Positions 21,456 to 29,832 of a DNA stretch of 64,000 nt are shown here, in pieces. Where the stretch lies: positions 505,968-569,967 of the forward strand of contig JAOPTT010000002.1 in NCBI GenBank assembly GCA_051531975.1, given 5' to 3'. The notes beneath the pieces are model-generated. The model was not told the origin of the DNA and did not search any database. It saw nothing but the letters and a program-made list of their open reading frames with translations. Origin of the DNA: Spirochaetaceae bacterium. GTDB lineage: Bacteria > Spirochaetota > Spirochaetia > DSM-2461. Positions within the stretch are counted from its first letter, which is position 1, and every line of letters begins with the position of its first letter. Both the position numbers and the translations under genes were made by a program.

Positions 21456-21744
21456 GGTTATTAATCTCTTCTATACTTAAACTTGTAATTTTAGAGATGA
21501 AACCGATTTCACAACCTTCTTTTAACATATTTCTTGCACACTTTAGTATTCCTATAAGTATACCTTCAAAAAATCCCTTTTTAAAACCTTCTGATTTTGC
21601 AAGTACTAGTGCCACACTATCTGAAGCTAGATTTTCTAGATAATTATCATAGAGTCTTTGGTGCTGTGCTGTAATAGATATGTAATTAAGACTGGTCGTA
21701 TTCTCTGAATACTGCTCACCTATGCATCCTAGTTTTTCACTCAT
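21448..21744 (-). CDS. Stand-alone Rpn C-terminal domain protein (truncated paralogue of 19648-20544)
   Basis: MSEKL...YIS.T..QR.Y..YLE.LASD...ITSLSIEEINNLK matches the Rpn C-terminus; AAGGA upstream. Confidence 0.65.
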   Translation of the reverse strand: MSEKLGCIGEQYSENTTSLNYISITAQHQRLYDNYLENLASDSVALVLAKSEGFKKGFFEGILIGILKCARNMLKEGCEIGFISKITSLSIEEINNLK

Positions 21745-21835
21745 CTCTTTATTCCTTCTTCTATTAATATCATAACCAACTAAAAAGTTACTATCTATAT
21801 TTACAGGCTTACTATTATGTAATCAGGGTTGTCAC

Positions 21836-22165
21836 TCAACTATCCTTCAGCTCTTCTAACTCAAAATCTTTAATTATTTTTGCTACACATTGATCCATAT
21901 TTTCTTGGCTAATTAAATAGGTGTAAGATTCTATTTTTGATGATTTTTTAACATATATATCTATAACATCAAAGACTTCCTGATACCCCAATGTTATGTC
22001 TAATGTAACCAGTTCTTTTTTAGTATTTTTAATTTCCAGATCAAAACATCTGTTTCCCGGGGTTATCAGTAACTGAAACTCCGGTATTGAATTGTTAATA
22101 CTTTTAATTAAACATTCTTTTACTTTATTGCAAACTTCTATATTCATAGACACTCCAACTAGCAC
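21836..22165 (-). CDS. Hypothetical protein (likely start 22147)
   Basis: 109-aa ORF; GGAG precedes the internal Met. Confidence 0.55.
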   Translation of the reverse strand: MLVGVSMNIEVCNKVKECLIKSINNSIPEFQLLITPGNRCFDLEIKNTKKELVTLDITLGYQEVFDVIDIYVKKSSKIESYTYLISQENMDQCVAKIIKDFELEELKDS

Positions 22166-22197
22166 TGTGAGTACGAGTATGCTATACTAACAGAAGG

Positions 22198-22536
22198 TTG
22201 TCAAGTATGGTTTATGAACATAGGATTTACTATATGGAAAAGACTATTAGTTACCTAAAACAGAATGTCAGAGACTATCGAAAACTATTAAATCTTAGCC
22301 AACAAGAGTTAGCAGAAAAAAGTGATATTAGTACTTCTTTTGTACAGGAGATTGAGCTAGGCAGGAAGCAACCTTCTTTAACCACTCTAGATAAACTTGC
22401 TAATGCTTTAGATATTGAAGTATTTCAATTATTAATGAATCCAGAAAAGAATAACCACGATATTGTAAAAGATTTCTCAGCCAAACTTAAAGAGAAGTTG
22501 AATAATGATATTGATGATCTTATGAATAGGTACTAA
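22198..22536 (+). CDS. XRE-family HTH transcriptional regulator (true start probably 22207 or 22234)
   Basis: LSQQELAEKSDISTSFVQEIELGRKQPSLTTLDKLANAL. Confidence 0.9.
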   Translation: MSSMVYEHRIYYMEKTISYLKQNVRDYRKLLNLSQQELAEKSDISTSFVQEIELGRKQPSLTTLDKLANALDIEVFQLLMNPEKNNHDIVKDFSAKLKEKLNNDIDDLMNRY

Positions 22537-22771
22537 TAACGATATAAAACAATCTTTACTAAGGAAATAATTCTCCTGGTATATCTAATTCCCATCTTCT
22601 TTTTAATATATGAATCATAAATTATTACTTATTCCTTAATAATCCTAAGAAAGCTGAATTTATAGACAAATAGATTCTATGAGATTTTTAACAGCCTGCT
22701 TTCTGTACGCTAATTCAATATGGCTGTATAGCGATCAGTAACCTAGTTACGACTAAGTCTGGCTTAAAGGA

Positions 22772-23833
22772 ATGATAATGAATGAGATAGCCGATAACAA
22801 CATCTATAAAAGAATACTTAGTATCATCGATGAATCTAGATCCAATGTAGTTAGGACAGTAAATCACGAAATGGTGAAAGCTTACTGGTTTATTGGTAAA
22901 GAAATCGTAGAAGAACAACAAAATGGTAAAGAGCGAGCTGAGTATGGTGATAAATTAATAGAACTATTATCTAAGAAATTAACCAATAATTTAGGAAAAG
23001 GGTTTTCTGCTACAAACTTGAAATATTTTAGATTGTTTTACAAAACATATTCTAATGATAAACGAATTCGTCACCCATTGGGTGACGAATTCAAACCGAA
23101 CCTCTCATGGTCACATTACCGAAATTTAATTAAAGTTGATAATGATAACGCTAGATCATTTTATGAGGTCGAAACATCTAAAAATAGATGGAATAAAAGA
23201 GAACTAGAGAGACAGATTTCAACGGGGCTATTTGAGAGAGTTTCAAAAGGTAAATCCAAAGAGCAGATAATAAAACTATCTACAGAAGGTAATATAATTC
23301 AAAACCCAATAGATATAATTAAAGATCCTTTAATTTTAGAGTTCCTGAACCTTCCAGAATCAAATAGGTTAGTAGAATCTAAACTAGAAGAGGCTTTAGT
23401 ATCTAACTTACAGGCCTTTTTGTTAGAGTTAGGTTCTGGTTTTGCCTTTTTAGGAAGACAAAAAAGAATTACCTTAGATAACGATCATTTCTATGTTGAT
23501 CTTGTGTTCTACCATACAAAACTTAAATGTTATGTAATTGTAGATATTAAAACAGAGAAACTTTCCCATGGTGACTTAGGTCAAATTCAGTTATATGTAA
23601 ACTATTACGATAGAGAGATAAAAGAAGAGGAAGATAACCCTACCCTTGGTCTTGTTTTATGTACCGATAAAAATGATGAGATGGTTAGATACCTCTTAGG
23701 AGATAATAACAACAATATATTCACATCTAAATATAAGGTATACCTACCGGATCAAAAACAACTAGAAGAGGAACTAAAACGGGAAGTTACTCTTTTAACA
23801 GGTAATCCAACAACAGGGAATGAGAATGAATAA
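22772..23833 (+). CDS. YhcG/DUF1016 PD-(D/E)XK nuclease family protein
   Basis: YWFIGKEIVE, LSWSHY, LLELGSGFAF, DLVFYH, DIK, GQIQLYVNYYD. Confidence 0.92.
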   Translation: MIMNEIADNNIYKRILSIIDESRSNVVRTVNHEMVKAYWFIGKEIVEEQQNGKERAEYGDKLIELLSKKLTNNLGKGFSATNLKYFRLFYKTYSNDKRIRHPLGDEFKPNLSWSHYRNLIKVDNDNARSFYEVETSKNRWNKRELERQISTGLFERVSKGKSKEQIIKLSTEGNIIQNPIDIIKDPLILEFLNLPESNRLVESKLEEALVSNLQAFLLELGSGFAFLGRQKRITLDNDHFYVDLVFYHTKLKCYVIVDIKTEKLSHGDLGQIQLYVNYYDREIKEEEDNPTLGLVLCTDKNDEMVRYLLGDNNNNIFTSKYKVYLPDQKQLEEELKREVTLLTGNPTTGNENE

Positions 23834-23844
23834 GAAAATTACTA

Positions 23845-24147
23845 TGAATTCCATTTTGAGATTTGACTCTATAACCAACCGATATAATTACATCCAAGTT
23901 TTAGTGTTCAACATGGTACGTTTTATCATCAGTGCCAGTTGTCGCAAAACTTGCGACAACTGAATCCTTGGTTTGAACTGTCGCATAATTTGCGACAGTT
24001 CAATCTATTGTTAATTAACCTTCAGTAAAAATATTATTAATATACTTACCTATTGTTTTAACATCTCGCTTGAATAGAGTTGCTATTTGATTCCTATTTA
24101 GCCAAACAGTATCGTTATCTAGTTTAAGTTCAACAAGTGAATTATTA
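23845..24147 (-). pseudogene. RhuM-family (virulence RhuM/Fic-associated DNA-binding) pseudogene
   Basis: DTVWLNRNQIATLFKRDVKTIGKYINNIFTEG*LTID*TVANYATVQTKDSVVASFATTGTDDKTYHVEH*NLDVIISVGYRVKS; three in-frame stops. Confidence 0.85.
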
Positions 24148-24212
24148 AACTTTAGAAGTCAAACATTTTCTCATCGAAAAGTGGGCTAAACATTCTTTGA
24201 TCAAGAAGTTTA

Positions 24213-24313
24213 GCGTTAGGGATAGCAGCGGTACCATACTGAAGCTTGCTTCGAGGCAATGTGCATACATCTGTAGAGTATAGCCCGGACTGTTCTTCGA
24301 ACAGGTAACGCCC
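24213..24313 (-). ncRNA. Structured repeat copy 3, Flavo-1 RNA motif-like
   Basis: GCGTTAGGGATAGCAGCGG...TAGCCCGG-CTGTTC TTC GAACAG-GTAACGCCC; same ends, different core. Confidence 0.65.
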
Positions 24314-24550
24314 TAAAAATCTTCAACAAATATCCAAAATAGAAATATTAACTCTAAGGTACTGCAAGGTAGATATAGTAATTCATCATTTATTACAGGT
24401 TAAATGACTATTATATGCACTTTTTTTATCAATTACATAAGTATTGCCCATATCACAATATTTTTAGTTCATTTCTAACTATAAAGCTCATATAATTGGA
24501 CAAACGGTTAATAGTAAATGTAGTAATATTGAACAAGGGGTTGTTTATTT

Positions 24551-25531
24551 ATGAAACTAAAAAAAGTAACTATAAAATTGTTGTTGATTACAATTCTGAC
24601 AGGAGGCTGTTTTATTACAGGATGCTCAAGCACTCCAGAGTTTGTAGAAGAGCGTGAAATATTTAATGGTGCCCTGCTAAACAATCGGTTAACTATATTT
24701 GGTGAAACTTTAATTTTACCTGAAGGTTGGGTTTTTATTCCAAATCCCTCTACTAGTGGAACTTTATTTAACTTTCGTTCTCCAGAAGGGATAGAAGGTG
24801 GGTTAGAAGTTATAGATTTCGAATATGATATTGAATTCAGTAAATTAATCGGTTTTTATGAGGATTATGTATTTGAATCAGATGAGAAAATAAAAACTCA
24901 GGTAATAGAACATGAACGTTTTGGAACTGTTGCCGTATTTAATGGTATTGATGAAGACCTTAATTTAAAAAGTCTACTTGTAGCAGATGGAAACAATGTA
25001 GTTTTTTTACATTTAACACATAATATTGATACAGCGTTTACACAAGAAGAAGCACTGCTTATATTAGAAACATATAAGAAGGATGAACGTAATTGGGTTT
25101 CTTTCAGGGATAAAGTAGATGCTCCACAGTTTACTAGTATAGATAACAAATGGTACTGGGATGGTGATTTTAAAAATGGTTATTATATGGCAAAAAAAGG
25201 TATAAACTCTATTCCAGATGTAATTACCTGTCTTTGGACAATTAGTTTAGAAGAAATTGATGAGCTAAAAACTAATACAGAATTTGATATAGAACCATTT
25301 AAGTTTACCTTAAGAGTACAGAATAAGTCGACTGATTTTACTGTATATGGTTTTATGAATAAGAGTAGATCATCAAGATTATATACGGTTTTTGAGTTTA
25401 ATGAAGTTACTTATTGTCTCTACCTAATTCAAAAATCAATATATAAAGAAGACAACCCAAAAGTACTTTTAGAGAATCAAGAGATTCAAGACCTTCTTGA
25501 TTTTAATCTTCTTTTTAGTGGAGATAGCTAA
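24551..25531 (+). CDS. Putative lipoprotein, unknown function
   Basis: Basic N-terminus, hydrophobic stretch, ITG-C lipobox-like site. Confidence 0.7.
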   Translation: MKLKKVTIKLLLITILTGGCFITGCSSTPEFVEEREIFNGALLNNRLTIFGETLILPEGWVFIPNPSTSGTLFNFRSPEGIEGGLEVIDFEYDIEFSKLIGFYEDYVFESDEKIKTQVIEHERFGTVAVFNGIDEDLNLKSLLVADGNNVVFLHLTHNIDTAFTQEEALLILETYKKDERNWVSFRDKVDAPQFTSIDNKWYWDGDFKNGYYMAKKGINSIPDVITCLWTISLEEIDELKTNTEFDIEPFKFTLRVQNKSTDFTVYGFMNKSRSSRLYTVFEFNEVTYCLYLIQKSIYKEDNPKVLLENQEIQDLLDFNLLFSGDS

Positions 25532-25532
25532 G

Positions 25533-27125
25533 GTGAGTAGAATACTTTTTCTATCTTTTGTATTTATTATATCTATATCTCTTTTTGCCCAATCTAAACC
25601 TATAGTTCAGATTGATCCAGTAATAAACCTATCAGGAGAGACATGGCTAGATCCAGTTTGTATCTCTTCAACCAATGGGGTAAGTTTAATACTTAGTCTA
25701 CTAGGAAGATTTGAAGTAAATAGGGATGAGACTGAAGTATTAGAAGTTCTTGATACTTCAATATTAAAAGAAAGAGCTGAAACAATGGGCTACGATAATA
25801 TAATATTTGGTTCTTGTACTATAAAAGATGAAGCTTTTATTATTACTATGAGTGCATATGATCGTTCTCTTGATAAGATAACCTACTCAGGTTCAACTGT
25901 TGTGGAATCTATATTTGATACATTTGATGCTGTAGACCAGATAACCTATGAACTAGTTGAAGGCTTTTCAGGAATTCATGTTACATACGGAAGCCTTGTT
26001 TTAATTCCACCAGTAACTGGTGAACCATTTAACTTTACACTTGATGGAGTTGCACTACCAAAAGGTGTTTTCTCAATAGATAAAATGCCTTCAGGAACCC
26101 ATAAACTGGCAGTCTCACAGGAAAGACCTTTAGGTTTGTATGAAAAAGTTCACGACATTGTTGTTGCTGAAGAGGTAATAAACAACATAGCTATTCCCTT
26201 ACCTCTTATTGCAGGAGAAGAAATCCCAATATTTAATAGAGTTGATAAGGAATTAAGATTAGCTGCAATAGAAGGTAAATCAGATATAGATCCAGTTATG
26301 GATAATATTAACAACTTATTATTAAATCCATTTTTCCAGCAATATAGAAAAGGATTAGTTGAAAAATATAAAAAGTGGGAAATATCTATTAAAGGAAAAC
26401 CTGCACAAATTGTAGAATCTGTGAAGTTTAAATTAAAATATTCGAAGGATTCCTTGTGGGATTCCTCTAAATATAAAGGTGTATTTAATAATAGGCTTAG
26501 TCTGTCATCACAATATCGTATCAACTTTAACAATAAAGTTGACTTTACTTCAAATAATAATCTATTGGCTGATATTAGAACCATTAAAGTTGATGGATCT
26601 AGCGATGATTGGGAATCAGTTGCTGATTCAATCATTGACCCTGTTGGAGATCTTAAATCTGGAAATATCAAACCAGATGGTAAAGATTTAATTGAAGTAA
26701 AAGCAGCAATTGATAATAAATATTTATATCTAATGATGAGAACACAAGATATGAAATATAATTATCCAAACAATGTTTATAGCTTTCATATAGGTAATAA
26801 TCCTAATATTTTAATTCATTATGTTCCATATACAAATGAGTTTTGGGTAAACAAGCATTATAACGATTCTAATAATAAACCTTGGGAAAGTATAATTAGT
26901 AAAGCTAAATTTAAGACTGGTGATATTTATGAGTTATCACTTCCTTTAAAAGATCTTTTAGAAAATACTGAGATGGGGGAAAATACTGATATATCCTTTG
27001 ATGTAACCTATGATGGTGACAATTCGGGATGGATTCGGGTTGATGATAATGGTGGAACTTTGTTACTACCTATTACTCAAGCTTTAATAGAAAAACCCAA
27101 TAATATCGAAATATTAAATAAATAA
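25533..27125 (+). CDS. Secreted multidomain protein, possibly with a C-terminal DOMON/CBM9-like domain
   Basis: GTG start next to upstream stop; signal peptide (SLFA|Q); IKVDGSSDDW...DP.GD and D.KYLY motifs. Confidence 0.6.
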   Translation: MSRILFLSFVFIISISLFAQSKPIVQIDPVINLSGETWLDPVCISSTNGVSLILSLLGRFEVNRDETEVLEVLDTSILKERAETMGYDNIIFGSCTIKDEAFIITMSAYDRSLDKITYSGSTVVESIFDTFDAVDQITYELVEGFSGIHVTYGSLVLIPPVTGEPFNFTLDGVALPKGVFSIDKMPSGTHKLAVSQERPLGLYEKVHDIVVAEEVINNIAIPLPLIAGEEIPIFNRVDKELRLAAIEGKSDIDPVMDNINNLLLNPFFQQYRKGLVEKYKKWEISIKGKPAQIVESVKFKLKYSKDSLWDSSKYKGVFNNRLSLSSQYRINFNNKVDFTSNNNLLADIRTIKVDGSSDDWESVADSIIDPVGDLKSGNIKPDGKDLIEVKAAIDNKYLYLMMRTQDMKYNYPNNVYSFHIGNNPNILIHYVPYTNEFWVNKHYNDSNNKPWESIISKAKFKTGDIYELSLPLKDLLENTEMGENTDISFDVTYDGDNSGWIRVDDNGGTLLLPITQALIEKPNNIEILNK

Positions 27126-27155
27126 TTTTTTTGCAACAGAAGGCCAACAATTCAT

Positions 27156-27395
27156 ATATTGAAGTATTTCAATTATTAATGAATCCAGAAAAGAATAACC
27201 ACGATATAGTGAAAGGTTTCTCATCCAAACTTAAAGGGAAGTTACTCTTTTAACAGGTAAACCAACAACAGAGAATGAGAATGAAAAAGAAAGACCCTGT
27301 AAATTACATTTTGGTTCATATTGAGCCAAACAGTATCGTTATCGAACTAAACTTTAACAGGTGAATTAATATCGTCTGATTGGAATACTTCTAGG
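27156..27395. repeat. Collapsed duplicate of the XRE-YhcG-RhuM block
   Basis: 27156-27236 matches 22412-22492; 27236-27292 matches 23781-23837; ~27324-27343 matches ~24100-24119. Confidence 0.85.
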
Positions 27396-27409
27396 TATTA
27401 TCTATTTTA

Positions 27410-28276
27410 CTATATATTACTAAGCATAAAATCTACTAACTCTTTTCCTTCTGTGGAGATTGTCTTGTCATTATATGCAACAGCAAAATTTATAGATTCT
27501 CTTTTTCTTCCACCAATTATAGCTAGATTAAATACATCTATAAAGTGAATTAGTTCCTGATTTATTAACATGTAGGAGTCAGAATTTTTTACCTGTTCTA
27601 ATAATATTAAATGGTTATTTATTCTAAAAACTGGAGCATTAGGTAATTTTGTACCGTGTGAATCTTCTAGTAGATGGTAAGTTATATATGGGTATTGTTT
27701 TATCATTTTATACTGATTATCTTTAGACTCTTTAAATACAGGATGATCCTTTCTGGCTACCATAAAAAGGTCATGTTTAACATATCTATTTATAGTTAAC
27801 CACTCTGCCATTTTTAGTGTATCTTCACTGCCTATTATAATTTCTAGAAACCCGTGTTCAATTTCGCTTAATAAATTTCTAGCACTTGCAATTTTCTCAT
27901 TAAAAACAATATCTTCGTGGATTTTTCTATACTCTGTAAATTGTTTATTTACTGTGTAACAACAACCATGACCTACTCCAATATTTAATAGTGTTCTACT
28001 ACTAGATGGTAAAAACTCGGCATCTAAAAATATACTGTCAACTTCATCGATTATAGACAGTGCTCTTTTATATAATTTATACGAAAAATCAGTAGGTATT
28101 AAACCTTCTGAACTTCTAATAAACAGCTCAATTCCTAGTTCAATTTCTAAATTGTGAATACTTCTGGTTATTGTAGGTTGGGATGTATTAAGGATTCTTG
28201 ATGCACCTGAAATGCTTCTTTGTTTAAATACTGTGGTAAAAATATTTAACAATCTCATGTCGCTTAAATAATTCAT
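27410..28276 (-). CDS. LysR-family transcriptional regulator
   Basis: SISGASRILNTSQPTITRSIHNLEIELGIELFIR; divergent from tct operon. Confidence 0.92.
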   Translation of the reverse strand: MNYLSDMRLLNIFTTVFKQRSISGASRILNTSQPTITRSIHNLEIELGIELFIRSSEGLIPTDFSYKLYKRALSIIDEVDSIFLDAEFLPSSSRTLLNIGVGHGCCYTVNKQFTEYRKIHEDIVFNEKIASARNLLSEIEHGFLEIIIGSEDTLKMAEWLTINRYVKHDLFMVARKDHPVFKESKDNQYKMIKQYPYITYHLLEDSHGTKLPNAPVFRINNHLILLEQVKNSDSYMLINQELIHFIDVFNLAIIGGRKRESINFAVAYNDKTISTEGKELVDFMLSNI

Positions 28277-28400
28277 AATTCTCCTTTAAATACTTCAAAA
28301 TAATAACTTTTATTTTTAAGTATACCCCCTATACATATTTAGTATTCGACAGTTCACATGAACAAGCATAACATGGAAACCATACAAAGGAGATTCATTT

Positions 28401-29348
28401 ATGAAAAAGTTATTTTTATTATTAATTTGTGTAATATGCCTTAATGGTATGCTATTTGCAAATGGTGCATCAGAAAAAAACGAGGGTATTTTCCCAACTG
28501 AAGCAGTGACACTTATTATTCCTTACAAAGCTGGAGGAGGAATGGATACTACAGCCAGAGCATTAGCAGCTGTTAGTAAAAAACACCTTGGTGTTCCACT
28601 TGTAATTATTAATAAAACAGGTGGTGCTGGAACTATCGCAGCTTCTACAGCGTATAATTCAAAAGCTGATGGATATACACTATTTATGGTCGATATAGGT
28701 GCCATGGGTGTTACACCAGTTAAGCAAAAAGTAGATTATTCTATAGATGGGTTTGATTTTATTAGTGGTATAAATGTAAATGATATTATAATTGTAACAA
28801 ATAGTGATTCCCCATATAAAACCCTTAGTGACCTAACAAGTTCTACTGAAAGAATTCGTTATGGAACTACTGGAGCAGGAAGTATACTTCATGGTGTTGC
28901 TACATCATTTGTAGAACAATCAGGTATTTCTGCAACTAATATTCCATTTGGTAGTACAACCGATACAGTAACAGCGGTTTTAGGTGGCCATATAGAAATA
29001 GGAATTGCTCATCCAAACCAGGCTAGATCAGGATTAGCTGATGGATCTTTACGGGTTTTAGCTGTTTTTTCTGAAAATAGAGTTAAAAGCCTACCAGAGA
29101 TACCAACAATGAAAGAGATGGGATACGACATATCTGTTCAGGTTTCTAACTTTCTATTGGCTCCAAAAGGTGTAGACCCTGAAAAACTAACTATATTAAG
29201 GGATGCATTTGTTAACATGCTAAACGATCCTGCTGTACTTGATAATGCTAAAAATAGAAATCTTTTATTATGGGATGCTAAGGGTGTAGAGGCTGAAAAA
29301 ACTATATTAGCAAACATTGAAATCCTTCAATCAATATTTTCAAAATAA
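28401..29348 (+). CDS. tctC: Tripartite tricarboxylate transporter substrate-binding protein
   Basis: IIPYKAGGGMDTTAR, NKTGGAG, DGYTL, VLGGHIE, LPEIPT. Confidence 0.92.
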   Translation: MKKLFLLLICVICLNGMLFANGASEKNEGIFPTEAVTLIIPYKAGGGMDTTARALAAVSKKHLGVPLVIINKTGGAGTIAASTAYNSKADGYTLFMVDIGAMGVTPVKQKVDYSIDGFDFISGINVNDIIIVTNSDSPYKTLSDLTSSTERIRYGTTGAGSILHGVATSFVEQSGISATNIPFGSTTDTVTAVLGGHIEIGIAHPNQARSGLADGSLRVLAVFSENRVKSLPEIPTMKEMGYDISVQVSNFLLAPKGVDPEKLTILRDAFVNMLNDPAVLDNAKNRNLLLWDAKGVEAEKTILANIEILQSIFSK

Positions 29349-29368
29349 CCAGATGTATGAGGTAACAC

Positions 29369-29821
29369 ATGGATAAAACAGTCAAAGATTTTTTATCTGG
29401 AATCTTATTTTTCAGCTTTGGTGTCTTTGTTCTCATACTGCTTCCTTCCCAAATAATGGGGGAAGGGGCATATGGTGAAGATGTCGGACCGGATTTTATT
29501 CCAAAGGTTATGGCCTTAGCCATGATAATTTTTAGTACGCTACTAATTATTAAATCCGTTATTAAAAAAGAGTTCCGAGACGCAGTTAAACTACTTCGGT
29601 TTAAATTACCCCCTATAGAGATCCCTGCAGTTATTTTGTTAATAACAGCCTGGGTATGTAGTCTTTTTTATGTGAACTATTTAGTGGTAACAATTCCATT
29701 TGTAATGCTCTCCCTTGCTCTATTTAAGAATAAGAAAAAAAGTACTTACATTATAGCTGTTGGTTTCGTTTTACTTCTTTTTGTAGTATTTCGTTTTTTA
29801 CTAAATGTAAGATTACCATAG
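29369..29821 (+). CDS. tctB: Tripartite tricarboxylate transporter small membrane subunit
   Basis: Hydrophobic, GPDFIP, ends FRFLLNVRLP. Confidence 0.9.
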   Translation: MDKTVKDFLSGILFFSFGVFVLILLPSQIMGEGAYGEDVGPDFIPKVMALAMIIFSTLLIIKSVIKKEFRDAVKLLRFKLPPIEIPAVILLITAWVCSLFYVNYLVVTIPFVMLSLALFKNKKKSTYIIAVGFVLLLFVVFRFLLNVRLP

Positions 29822-29832
29822 AAGGAGGTATT

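Noticed and set aside
18728..24313. Structured repeats as integron attC sites or a CRISPR array
   Set aside because: GTT/AAC boxes are in the opposite order to attC (RYYYAAC...GTTRRRY), no integrase is in the window, spacing is kilobases and there are no cas genes
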